A DNA stretch of 64,000 bases from the human T2T-CHM13v2.0 reference genome, Homo sapiens, in assembly GCF_009914755.1 (NCBI RefSeq), contig NC_060936.1; one strand, written 5' to 3'. Below, piece by piece: positions 1 to 13,625 of the stretch (the first letter of the stretch is position 1; every line of letters begins with the position of its first letter). The notes beneath the pieces were generated by a model. That model was not told where the DNA came from and searched no databases. It saw nothing but the letters and a program-made list of their open reading frames with translations. The translations under genes were made by a program, and so were the position numbers.

Positions 1-188
1 CAAGGAGAAAGGATTAAACTCAGAAGGAAATTCTTTGTTTTTTATGTTAACTTCTAGAGCGATGATTTGAGAATTTGTACAACATGAAAGGAAGTGTTTC
101 TTTGACAGCAGGACAAAAGAAATATGTGGCTTTTAGCTACCATCCAGCTTAACTCTTCCCTCTACAGGAAATAATTATAAACCTGTAG

Positions 189-581
<393 letters not shown>

Positions 582-734
582 CAGGGCAACCCCATCTTAA
601 ATAGGTGCTGGGTAAAATGAGGCTCAGACCTGCTGAATTGTATTCCTAGGAGGTTACGCATTCTTAGTCACAGGATGAGATAAGAGGTCTGCAGGACTGA
701 TATCAAAGGATACAGATAATAAAGACCCTGCTGA

Positions 735-1047
735 GGCAGGGTACAGTGGCTCACACCTGTAATCCCAGCACTTTGGGAGGCCAAGGTGGGTGGACCACTT
801 GAGGTCAGGAGTTTGAGACCAGCCTGACCAACATGGTGGAACACTGTCTCCACTAAAAATACAAAAATTAGCCAGGCATGGTGGCACACACCTGTAATCC
901 CAGCTACTCAGGAGACTGAGGTGCTAGAATCACTTGAACCTGGGAGGCAGAGGTTCCAGTAAGCCGAGATCATGTCATTGCACTCCAGCCCAGGCAACAA
1001 GAACAAAACTCTGTCTCAAAAAACAAAACAAAACAAAACAAAAAAAA
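735..1047 (+). mobile_element. AluS (Sq/Sp-like)
   Basis: Full dimer with GCAACAAGAAC 3' diagnostic and (AAAAC)n tail; TSD about cctgctga. Confidence 0.92.
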
Positions 1048-1681
1048 CCTGCTGATAAAACAGGATGCAGTAAAGAAGCCAGCCAAAACCCACCAAAATC
1101 AAGTGACCTGTGGTCATCCTCATTGCTCATTATATGCTAATTATAATACATTGGCATGCTAGATGGCACTTCCATCAGTGCCATGACGGTTTACAAGTGC
1201 CATGACAATTTCCCGAAGTTACGCTATATAGTCTAAAAAGGTGAGGAACCCTCAGTTCTGGGAAACTCATGAATAATCCCTCAGCTCCGCTAAACTCATG
1301 AATTGTTTAACGTATGATCAATAAATAACCATAAAAATAGCCAACCGGCAGTCCTCAGTGTTGCTTTGCCTATGGAGTAGCCATTCTTTTGTTTCCTTAC
1401 TTTCTTAACGAATTTACTTGCACCTTACTCTGTGGACTCGCTCCAAATTCCTTCTTGCATGAGATCCACAAACCCTCTCTTGGGGTCTGGATCAAGACCT
1501 CTTTCTGGTAACAAGATCAATAGCACACTGCAGTTGTGGATATTCTGCTGTGATATTAAATATATTATATAAAATCCTTCTTCATAATGGTATTTACTAT
1601 AATAATATTTTATTTGTAGTATTAAAAATGCTACAGGATCAATCATTTTTACGTTATTTTATGTGTATCCTACATAGCTAG

Positions 1682-2026
1682 TGATATGGTTTGGCTATGT
1701 CCTCACCCAAATCTCATCTTGAATTCCCACGTGTTGTGGGAGGGACCCAGTGGGAGGTAATTGAATCATGGGGGCAGGTCTTTCCCATGCTGTTCCTGTG
1801 ATAGTGAATAAGTCTCATGAGCTCTGATGGTTTTATAAAGGGGAGTTTCCTTGGACAAGCTCTCTTTACTTGTTGGCCGCCATGCCTGACGTGCCTTTTG
1901 CCTTCTGCCATGATTGTGAGGCCTCCCCAGCCACGTGGAACTGTGAGCCCATTAAACCTCTTTCTTTTGTGAATTGCCCAGTCTCAGGTATGTCTTTTAT
2001 CAGCAGCGTGAAAACAGACTAATACA
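1682..2026 (+). mobile_element. THE1 (THE1B-like) MaLR solo LTR
   Basis: TGATATGGTTTGGCT...CAGACTAATACA; exact 5-bp TSD GCTAG at 1677-1681 and 2027-2031. Confidence 0.93.
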
Positions 2027-2263
2027 GCTAGTATACTGTGGGTACTTGGTATTTGTACCAGATGTATCATAGGTGTTCATTAACTGTTGAATAAAAGAAG
2101 GTTGATTTGTTTTAGCAAGCCTGTATTAAATAGTTCCTCTAAATTCTTATGTGTTTTTTTTTTTTTGGTAAGACTTAAATGATAATTTAATGTGTTTATC
2201 TCTTCCCAACAATGTACCTAGAGATCCCACAGATGTCTAGAACCCATTTGGCAGCTTTCTTAA

Positions 2264-2595
<332 letters not shown>

Positions 2596-2964
2596 ACCTT
2601 ATAATCTTAGAAGCCTTGGATACCAAAATTAATTAATAGTGCTTCCCATGCTTCATATATAGGAAAGATTGATTCTCTATAGGTCACTTTTCCAGAGTGA
2701 GTTTTCCAAATTAAAGAGAAAAAAAAGCCTGATTAAGCTTTTATCAACTAATAATTCTCCACATTAATCCATGGGATAAATATTAGAATTAGAATACCTG
2801 GCTATTCAATTGTCAGTTCTTTTTTACTAAACAGAAACTTTGAGATGTGTTATTTTAGAAAGGCTCGATAGTGACAGAACTTTTCTCTTAAACTTACAGT
2901 GGCCCTGAAATTTGCTACCACTGACTTTAACCATACATATTAAAGGTGTAAGGAGATTGAGATA

Positions 2965-3486
2965 TGTGACAGATTCCATTTCCCAAGGATGGTCACACAC
3001 TATATCCCATCCCATACGCTCTTACAGGGTAATGTTGATACTCCTCCTATCAAGGGGATAGGATTTATATTTCTTTTCCTTGATCTAAGAGGCTTGTGAC
3101 CATGGTAGAAGTGTCCCTACATGACTTCTGGGGTTAAGTCAGAAAAGGTGATATAGCTCTGTCTAGTGCTTTTGGACGCTTGATCTCAAAACCCAACCAC
3201 CATGTTGTGAGGAAGCTCAGCCACATAGCTGGATGTGGGTGTTCCAGACTGCCACTTTGACTGAGATCCCAGATGATAGCCAGAATCAATAGGACCTGTG
3301 GGTGAAGAAGCCTTCAAGATGACTCTAGCACCAGAAATTGTCAAACTGCACGGGAAAAAAAATCCAAGAGCGAATTATCCTGCTGAACTGAGTAAACCTC
3401 CAGAATTGTGAATTAGTAATAAAAATGATTGTTGTTGTAAGCCCCTAAGGTTTAGGGGGATGCTTTATGCAGCAATAAATAACTGA
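2965..3486 (+). mobile_element. MLT1 (G/H-like) MaLR LTR
   Basis: TGTGACAGATT...ATCCCATCCCATACGCTCTT...TAAGCCCCTAAGGTTTAGGGG...GCAGCAATAAATAACTG resembles MLT1G/H; the 3' end is split by MER57. Confidence 0.7.
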
Positions 3487-4213
<727 letters not shown>

Positions 4214-4589
4214 CTGGGATAAGATAAAATGAAGTTCTATTTAATTCCCTGAGTAGGCTTTGTGGTCTAAAGAAATTCAGAGACAGTACTCTCGATTTTT
4301 TTGAGAGAAGATTTTCTTCTGATCACATAGCAACAAACTATGGAAAGAGAAGTCAGGCTGGACTGTTAATTATGTAGCAGTCAGAACTCATCTCTCAGTT
4401 CAGTCAAGATTACTGGGAAAACCACAACAGCCTGACAAAATTAGGGGGATACTTCCAAAACCTAGGACATAGGAAAAGCCAATTACAAACTACAGATATG
4501 CAAAATATGGTATAACTTTTGGTTTTTAAAATGTTCTTTTTTGTACATAATTGGGCTCATCGAGGGCATAGATTTTTTTTGTTGTTGTT

Positions 4590-4672
4590 CTGTTTTATTC
4601 ATGTTGTACTCTCAAGGCCTGGGATCATGCCTGGCACAGGGCTCAATAAATATGTCAAATGAATAAATAAAT
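4590..4672 (+). mobile_element. L2 3' end fragment
   Basis: GCCTGGCACAGGGCTCAATAAATATG..AATGAATAAAT, the typical L2 tail. Confidence 0.6.
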
Positions 4673-5683
4673 GTAAACACATTTGTCAGAATAAGCACCA
4701 AAATTTATTTCTGGCAGATAGGATTATGTGTGAGTTTTTTTTTTTTCTATCTTCTTTGTTTTTTCTAATTTCTCTACCATGATCATAGATTACTTATATA
4801 AAATACTTGTAAAAGGCCATAGAGTTTTATTTTAGAGTAACATAAGCTTTAAAATACCTACACATGCACATCTATCCAAATCTATTTCTGAGCAAAATAT
4901 CCTTTTAGGAAGAATAGAGGCGCATAATAACAGATCTCAAGAGAAGGCTTTGTGTTGTGTGGGCAGGGCTAGAAATACATGAAGATTTTTTTTGGCCACC
5001 AAATGACTTCTCTACAGGTGATCATTGAAACACAGATTTCTGTCAATGGTTGAAGTATTTCACTTATTTTATTTTCTTATTATAATCTCTGTATTTAGCT
5101 CAGCTGGGATTCCTTTGGTCTGCCAATTTTAAAAAGTTACATCATCACCTTATTCCAAAAAATGCCCCTAAGAGAAAGTCTCTTGCCCTCACAACTGTTC
5201 AAATTTAGGATGGAAAATAGATTTTAGTTTGCATGCCAATTTGATTAATTGTACTCACTGGTGATTCTTAGCATACTCTGTGTAAGATCTGAGGTTATAG
5301 TTTTACCTGGTGGATTTGCAATGTCTACCATAAATTAAGTAGAGAGGAGAAGAGGCATGGTTGCCTTGTGAGTGCATGATTCAGTGAGTTACTGTTATCT
5401 TAATTTGTTGTGTATTAGATGTTACTTCTTTATAAACTATTGATCCTATTTAGCTTCTCAGGGGCCCCCAAAGATGTCCACATCCTAATCCCTGGAATTG
5501 GGATAACAGTGAGTCTTCACTGACCTGAGAGATTAGATGATCACTGATATGTAATTGGCAGTCAAGTTTGACTTCTCTTTCCATTGTTGTTGTTATGTAA
5601 ATATGTCACATGGCAAAGGAGAATTAAGATGGAATAAGTTTGCCAATCAGCTAAGGTAGGGAGAGAAGCCTGGATTACCTATG

Positions 5684-6180
5684 TGTTACCAGAAAAGGGA
5701 TCTCATCCCAGACCACAGGAGTGAGTTCTTGGATCTCACATAGGAGAGAATTCAGAGTGAGTCTCAGAATATAGTGAAGTTAAAATAGTTTCTTGGAAAA
5801 TACTCTATTACAGAGTAGGGCTTGCTGAGAAAGCAAGAGGAGGAATGTCCCTACCTCAGACATAAGGCTTACTTACATGGGATATTAAGGCTAAGAATAG
5901 TGTACTTTATTACAAAAGGTTGTGTTGAGCTTATGACAGACTTAGTATTACTATTCTCTTGTGCAATTATTACTTTTAGCAAGAATTTATGAGGATACTA
6001 TTACCTTTAGAGGGAAACCTATTTTTAAACTAAGAATGCCTTTTCCCATTAGCTCGTTTCCTCAACCATAAACATCTTGTGATCAATAACGCCTAACTTC
6101 CTGGAAATGTAACCCAGCAGGTCTTGCTTTATCTGGCTTTTATTCAAGGTGAAATCACTCTGGTTAGGATGTCTCTGACA
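5684..6180 (-). mobile_element. MER41-family (C/D/E-like) ERV1 solo LTR
   Basis: Reverse strand reads TGTCAGAGACATCCTAACCAGAG...TTCTGGTAACA, homologous to the LTR at 262; flanks tatg/tagg. Confidence 0.8.
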
Positions 6181-6226
6181 TAGGTGGGCACATTGTAATC
6201 ACAGGGTCCTTAGAAGTGGAAGAGGA

Positions 6227-6577
6227 GCCGGGTGCAGTGGCTCATCCCTGTAATCCCAGTGCTCTGGGAGGCTGAAGCTGGGGGGATCGCTTGAGACCAG
6301 GAGTTCAAGACCAGCATGAGCAACAAAGAGCTCTCCCCCATCTCCCGCCCCTTGTTCCTCCCACCTCACCATCCCCCTCCCCCAGGCTCTACAAATGTTA
6401 AAAAAAATTAGCCAGGCATGGTAGTGCACCTGTGGTCCTAGCTACTTAAGAGGCTGAGGTGGGAGGATTCCTTGAGCCCGGGAGGACAAGGCTGCAGTGA
6501 GCTATAATCACACTACTGCACTCAGCCTGGGTGACAGAGCAAGACCCTGTCTCAAAAATATAAATAAATAACAATGA
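6227..6577 (+). mobile_element. AluJ with internal C-rich insertion
   Basis: J diagnostics (CTTGAGCCCGGGAGG...GCTGCAGTGAGCTAT); TSD aagtggaagaggag. Confidence 0.88.
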
Positions 6578-7070
6578 AAGTGGAAGAGGAGACACAAAAG
6601 AAGTCAGAGGGACTCCTTTTGTGACAACAGGAAAGAGACCCAGAGAGTTGGTAGCATAAGGACGCTGCTTGACATTGCCAGCTCTGAAGACTCATGGAGG
6701 GAGCCAAGAGTTAGGGAAGGAACTCTAGAAGCTGGAAAAGGCAAAGAAACAGATTCTCCTCTTGAGTCCTCAGAAAGGGATGCACCCTGTTGGCACCTTG
6801 ATCTCAGCCCAGTGGGATCCATGTCAGACTTCTAATGCACAGAACTATAAGATAATAAACTGGTATGTTTAAGCCACCAAGTTTCTGGTAATTTATTAAC
6901 AGCTGCAAGACAAAACTAATTCACAAAATATGGCTTATTCTACCTTTAAAAAGGAAAATGTGACTCAGTCCTCTCCCAACTGCTGATCCATTGGCTTTTC
7001 TGGATGCTACTTTCAAATTCATTGCTAGTTTCTTCTCATAATTGTAGGATCGAGTCTCTCAACCTAAATA

Positions 7071-7115
7071 TTACTTTTAGTGGCAAAAACTGCAATTACT
7101 TTTGCACCGACCTAA
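7071..7115 (+). mobile_element. MADE1 (Hsmar1-derived MITE), one half
   Basis: TTACTTTTAGTGGCAAAAACTGCAATTACTTTTGCACCGACCTAA followed by TA. Confidence 0.85.
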
Positions 7116-7281
7116 TATGTTGTAGTAAATTGTATGAGAAGCAAGCAGCTTTTATCATTGCTGATAAATGGCCTTTTAATCTCCCTTCTTTCCAAATAAT
7201 TCTTGTCTATCTAGTCAGACCACAAGTCATTAAGCAATTAAAAGACAATATAAAATAAAGCATTTGAAATTCAAGCACTCT

Positions 7282-7453
7282 AGGCCAGGCATGGTGGCTC
7301 ACGCCTGTAATCCGAGCACTTTGGGATCGCTGAGCACTGATTGCTTGAGCCCAGGGGGTGGAGGTTGCAGTGGGCTGAGACTGGGGCACTGCACTTCCAG
7401 TCTGGGTGACAGAGCAAGACTCTGTCTCAAAAAGAAAAAACAAACAAACAAAA
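7282..7453 (+). mobile_element. Monomeric Alu (FRAM-like or left/right recombinant)
   Basis: About 150-bp single monomer plus A-tail; degenerate TSD gaaattcaagcactcta/gaaattggagcgctgta. Confidence 0.8.
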
Positions 7454-7922
7454 GAAATTGGAGCGCTGTAATGTAAAAAAGGAGAGAGGTTAATATTAGC
7501 TAGAGTTACTAGCTATGGCTTTAAGGAAAAACTATAATCACTGAATATCAGATTTATAAAAAATAGTTATTAAAAGAACCAACTATCAGTTCATAAGCAT
7601 TATCTTATATAATTGATAGAACAACCTTATAAAGTAGGAATTATTGTCTCTATTTTACACATGAGGATATCAAGGTCTAGTCTAGGAATTAACTTGTTCA
7701 AGTAGGATTATAGAAGTTCTTTGGATACAGTTAGATAATATTTTCCTTTGGGGTAAAAAGATTTGATTTCTGACCTGTTCTCTCAAATCTGTAGTTTAAT
7801 GACATGATACACTTTTTGAAACAGTGGGAATATGTAGATGGTTGCTTTAATCTCAGGAACTATGATTGCTTTTTAAGAGGCAATAGCCCTAATATTTAGT
7901 AATAACCAAAGCAATGTCTATA

Positions 7923-8092
7923 GCAATGCTTCTCAAATTATGTGGCATTTTAGGAGCACCCGAAGAACTTTAAAGAGTCCCAATGTCCAGGCTACACTCC
8001 ACACCAGTTAAATGCAAATGTTTGAAGTGGATTTAGACCTCAGTGTTTTTTTTTAAAGCATCCAAGGAAATTCCAAGTTTGGGAACTCTTGA
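7923..8092. mobile_element. MER5-type hAT-Charlie MITE
   Basis: GCAATGCTTCTCAAATT...AAGTTTGGGAACTCTTG terminal inverted repeats. Confidence 0.65.
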
Positions 8093-8344
8093 TCTATAAC
8101 CAGGGATTGCATTTTTGTTAGTTTTCTCCCCAGCATTTAACTGGTTTATTGTATGTAATATTCAGTTACATGAGATTACATTTTTTTTTAACCACCCTGT
8201 TTTGAGGAGTCACCAGAAAGTTGTTTCTCGAGATTAGAAGCTTAATGAAATTCAGGTTGTGTTCAACTATAGATTCATTTTTAATGGGTTTTGGATTTCT
8301 GAGCCTGCTGGTGATATTTCCTAACATTTTTTCTTAATTTGTGT

Positions 8345-8347
<3 letters not shown>

Positions 8348-8388
<41 letters not shown>
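8348..8388. repeat. (TA)n microsatellite
   Basis: About 20 uninterrupted AT units. Confidence 0.98.
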
Positions 8389-8393
<5 letters not shown>

Positions 8394-8670
8394 TTTTTTT
8401 TTCCATTTGGAACCCTTCCAATGCCTTCACTCTCTGTACTTTCTCTATTTTTTTTTTCCCCTGTGGATTTCATCTGACTGGAAGTACTTTTTCTATTTAT
8501 ATCGCTAGTACATGTTTAAAGAATGTCTATCATTCTAGTCTATTACTATTAAGTTGGTCATATTATACTGACATTAAGACAAAAACTCAGAAGCAGGAAA
8601 ACCTTTTAAACTGTACGTAAATAAAGGAAATCCAAACAAAGACACTACCAGTCTTGTGATCTGAGTTCCT

Positions 8671-8968
8671 ACAGAAAGGGTAGAAAACTCATATCCCAAT
8701 GGGGCCAGTCAGGAAGTCTAAATAAATGAAATGGATCAGTGTTTGAGGAAAGAATGAGAGGGAAAAAGATAGAGAAGGAAGCTAGAGAAAGAGGGAAGAT
8801 AGAATAAATAATGTCCATTGTTGCCAGATTTTCCAATTTTTAATGAAAGGCCAGTTAAGCGTCTATATATATTTTTAATGTCTGCTCAAAAAATCTTAAA
8901 CCACTGTGCTATTCAAACAAAATATGTCTGTGCTTGGAAGTCAATCCACTGGCCTCCCATATGCAACA
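8671..8968 (-). mobile_element. MER102-like hAT fragment
   Basis: AAACCACTGTGC..CAAACAAAATATGTCTG...CCACTGGCCTCCCATATGCAAC resembles the MER102 terminus. Confidence 0.45.
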
Positions 8969-9071
8969 TTTTAAGCACAGACAGTAGTGCATCTAAAGGG
9001 GTGAGCAGCCTCACATGAGTCTCCTTGGAATCTAGCCTTAAGTAGAATGATAGCAGATGATGCAATCCTAA

Positions 9072-9200
9072 TTTTCTTTTTTTGAGATGGGGGTCTCACT
9101 ATGTCACCCAGGCTGGACTAGAACTCTTGGGCTTAAGGGATCCTCTTGTCTCAGCTTTTCAAGAAGTTGGGACTACAGAAACACGCCACTGGACCTGGCT
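9072..9200 (-). mobile_element. FLAM (free left Alu monomer)
   Basis: About 130-bp antisense monomer GGGTCTCACTATGTCACCCAGGCTGG...GAACTCTTGGGCT. Confidence 0.85.
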
Positions 9201-10249
9201 GTCTGATTTTCTTTTTAATTTGAAAGAAAAGATCATTGGCTCTGTGACATCAGCAATGAATTAAGATTATTTAATGTGACTATTTATCATGCTTTGTTTA
9301 TATTACAGCATGATAAAATATATATATTTTCTGAAGCATAATCGTTTAATCTTATGACTAGGGATACTATCATAATACAACAATTCTGCATTAATTAGTG
9401 TAATTGCCTGGAGTACTATTTTGTTTGTTCTGTGTAGCTAACATTTATTCTCTATTAACAGTATCGATCAGTAAAGAATTAGGGAACGAAGACTAATCCA
9501 TGGCTATAAAAGCTGTCTTGGAATTGTGATGACAGTGGCTTTTGAGGTAGAACAGTTATTGAGGGACAGGATTTAAGAGTGAGCAGAAGGATAAGAGTCC
9601 AGGAAAACTGAGTTCATACCTGATGGTGGGAAACTGGTGGAGTTATTTACTTAAAAGAGGCTTTAATATGAATGGGGGAATTCAAGATTCCATTTTTATG
9701 AATATTTTTATCTCTTGCTTTAGTCATTATCTATTAAACTTAAAGAAGACATTCCTTCTTTCTTCGTTGTCTTATTATTGGCAAAACGTGTAGAACAAAT
9801 TCACCATTTCTCTGAGATTCTTCCCCTATGCCCTTCAGCTTTTGTTTCCTTTGTGCTAGATTACTAGAATTACAGTAATAGTAGACATTGGCTGTAGTTG
9901 ATGATTTCTGATATTCTAAAGAGTGTTAAGATGCATTACCTGCAAGCCCCCATGGCTGGAAGCATAATCTTTTTTTCTTTTTTTCTTTTTGCTTAGCCAC
10001 TGACTTGCAAAATGTGATTTCTCAATAAATTTATTGCCACTTTCCTTTTAGCTCTACCCTCTGGTTAGTTTCCTGAAGTTTGCTAACAGTAAACTCTTTA
10101 TTCCACAAAATAAAAGTAATATGCAAAAAGGCCAGTTTATTTTAACTCCCTGTGTAACCAAGGTGAAAAAGAAGTGATGATAATAATCCCTCATTTTCTA
10201 ATATCATAAAATTTGATAGCTGGCAGGGATTAAAAACATAGCTGGTTGA

Positions 10250-10490
10250 GCTCTTCTGTTTACAGGGTGGGCTAGTGATTTGGCAAGGTCACACACCTGG
10301 GCAGTGGAGGTGCTGGGCCCTAACCCTCAGGTCTTGACCTGCACTTCATTGTAAAGCTCCTCCAGGTTTTCAAGGCATTTCCACATTTGGTCCTTCATAG
10401 GCAGGGTGGGAATTACTAACTCATTTTAGAAATGATTAAACTGGGTTTCCAAGGGATGGAAATATATTCAAGGTCAAATCATTAGAAGCC
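10250..10490 (-). mobile_element. MIR fragments
   Basis: CATTTTAGAAATGA..AAACTG and CAAGGTCACAC core-SINE motifs. Confidence 0.6.
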
Positions 10491-11077
10491 AGAGTTCTTC
10501 ATCATATCCAGAAGCTCTCAAAGGTTGAGAATGCCTAAGCCAGTTCCATTTCTTAAGTCTCCCAATATCTTTAAAAATGAAGAAATGCCAAGCAGGATCA
10601 CATTTATTTGAAATGCTTACATTTAACAAGCCAACTCTTTTAACATGACTCCCAGCCTTCAAGGCAACTGTAAGTTCACCTGGACATAATGTCTAAAGTC
10701 TACCTTTCAGACTTTAGTGAATATGAGGGCCAGGTTAAATTGTCCTTGTGGATGAATCCTGACTTTGTGGAGGGGGATGTGATCTTTGGTGGGGGAAGGA
10801 AGGAGAGAGAAAGAAAAAGACAGATAAATGGAAAGACAGTGAGACCATAGCACCATCATCTGATACCATAGCACCTGCCAAAAATAAAACACTCAACACT
10901 TTGGGTTTCTTATATAGCTCCATAATTTCTATGCAGAAGAGGTAACAGTAGTTGCAATCTTTGTCTTGAAGCTTCATTTGCATAGTTCTTTAAGATTAAG
11001 GATAATTTATCAAAAAATGAAGATGTGGGTGGGGGTAGTAATTGGCAGAGATTATTAGGCATGGATGAAAGGGTGGG

Positions 11078-11832
11078 GTACAATGAGAAATAGATATTTG
11101 GCATTTGTTCCCAGTTCCTGGCATACAGTCCTAAAACCCTTGGAATCTCTGCAATGCTAAGAGTGATTTTTGTTATGTTAGTGAGATGGCTGGTGGCTGA
11201 GGACCCCTAAATAGCTTCAAGATAGGGACTGCTTGACAAAAAGACCAAGGCATGATCTTGGGGAGGGGAGAGGGACTGGAGGTTGAGTTTAATCACCAAT
11301 GGCCACTGATTTAATCAATCATGCCTACATAATAAAAACTCCATAAAAAACCTAAACAACAAGGTTCAGATGGCTTCTGGGTTGGTGAACAAATCAAGGT
11401 GCTGGGATCCGGGAGAAGGCGTGGAAGGTCCTCATCCCTTCCCTATACCTGAACCTATGCATCTTGTCCACCGGGCTGTTCCTGAGTTACACTCTATAAT
11501 AAACCAGTATTAGTAAGCAAAACACTTTCCTGAGTCCTGTGAGCTGTTCTAGCAAGTTATTAAACATGAGGAGGGGATTATGGGAACCTCGATTTTATAG
11601 CCTATCAGAAGCGTCAATGGCAACTGGAGACTTTTGACTGGTGTCTGAAATGAGGGCAGTCTTGTGGGACTGAGCGTTACTCTGGAGTCTGAACTAATGC
11701 TTGGTAGTTAGTGTCAGAATTGAATTGTATCCTAGAACACCCAGTTGATGTCTGGAGAGTTGGAGAATTTGCTGGTATGGGAAAAATCCCGCACACATTT
11801 GGTGTCGAAGTGTTGTGAGTGAAAACAGTTCA
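11078..11832 (+). mobile_element. MER21-family LTR
   Basis: CCCAGTTCCTGGCA..CCTAAAACCCTTGGAAT, TAATCACCAATGGCCACTGATTTAATCAATCATGCCTAC, GTGTCAGAATTGAATTG, CACATTTGGTGTC. Confidence 0.8.
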
Positions 11833-12034
11833 GGGGGGTTGGGTGGGAAAGAGCATCTAAATGATCCTTGACTCTCTCACCTGTTTTTAATTCAGTGTAG
11901 ACTGAACCACCAGCTGACTTCTTTTAAAGGGAAAGGAATTAAATCTCAGCCCAGACATGGGATATTTTCCTTTTCCCCTTCATTTCTTCCTCCCTCCCTG
12001 CTTTCTCTCCTCTCTCCCTCCATCCCTTCTTTCC

Positions 12035-12170
12035 TTCCAAATATATTTATCAAGCATTTATTATGTTCTAGGCCTTGGGCTATGGAGTTGAGCAGGACCC
12101 ACAAGGCCCTACTCATATGGGGCTTAGAGTCCACTAGGGAAAAAGAGAACAAAGAAATGACATAATATAA
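12035..12170 (-). mobile_element. L2 3' fragment
   Basis: AAATATATTTATCAAGCATTTATTATGTTCTAGGC pattern. Confidence 0.55.
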
Positions 12171-12283
12171 GTAATCAATAATATAATGAAACCAAAAGTA
12201 AGATGGTGAAATAAAAAGTAATTGCTACAGTAGGATAGGCAAATATTTCCTAGTTTCCTGGGATACCTCACTTATCCTTTTTA

Positions 12284-12777
<494 letters not shown>

Positions 12778-13479
12778 TCAGAACTTGGTCAGATAGTCTC
12801 TTGGAGGAAGTTCCTTTGGGAAGTTATGCCAGTATTACATTGAAGATGCTATTACTAAAACAGCTTAAAAATTCTCTTTTGTGATTGCCTGTGATTAAGT
12901 ACTCTATGATAGTTTCTTTTGAAGGAATTTCCAATCCTAGCAAAATGTTTTTAAAGATGAATTTAAATTTTGTCAGAAACCAAATATGTTTGGGGGTCAT
13001 TTCTGGATAACATCTTTTTGGTTTACAAACCAAGTGTGAAGCAAATCTAAAAATATTTTGAACTGGGGGTGTGAGAGAGGCAAGCATAGTAGTTGGAATA
13101 AATGTGTCTTTTTTGAAGATGTGGTTATCTTGAGGGAAGCAACATTTTATTTGAATAAGTAAATTTAGATGTATTTGCTATAAATCTGTTTTGTTTATGC
13201 AAAGTAATACTTCTTAATATTTGGCTAGACAAACCTAGATTTCTATAAAACAGAAGTTAGCTGCTTTAGAGATCACCAACATACTACTTTCGTTTCATTT
13301 TTGCTTTATTTCTAGCAAAGCCCACTAAAGGGATTCTGTCCTCTTTTTACTGACTGTGGCCTTAGATAAAGAATTCTTCAAATTCTCTCCTCTTTACCAT
13401 CCCTGGCTCTTTCCACATCAAGCTGCAAAGCCTAGGAACATAGTGAAAACTGGTAGAAATGTCTCACTGTGCAGAAATT

Positions 13480-13625
13480 CTCATAGTTTTCAAGGCATTT
13501 GCTGGTTTTGTTACTCTAAAGCCTCATAAAATAGGCAGGGTAGAAATTATTGTGCCATTTACAAATGATTAAACTGGTTCTCTGAAGATGTGGAACTGTA
13601 TACAAGGTTACACAACTGTAGCATG
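13480..13625 (-). mobile_element. MIR fragment
   Basis: CCATTTACAAATGA..AAACTG...CAAGGTTACACA core motif. Confidence 0.55.

Larger units (their letters stand above)
5460..6923 (+). mobile_element. MLT1D-like MaLR LTR, interrupted by MER41-family LTR, AluJ and a ~96-bp insert
   Basis: CCCCAAAGATGTCCACATCCTAATCCCTGGAA...CCTGGATTACC|TAGGTGGGC...TTAAGCCACCAAGTTT...AAACTAATTCA; the pieces rejoin across the nested inserts. Confidence 0.8.
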
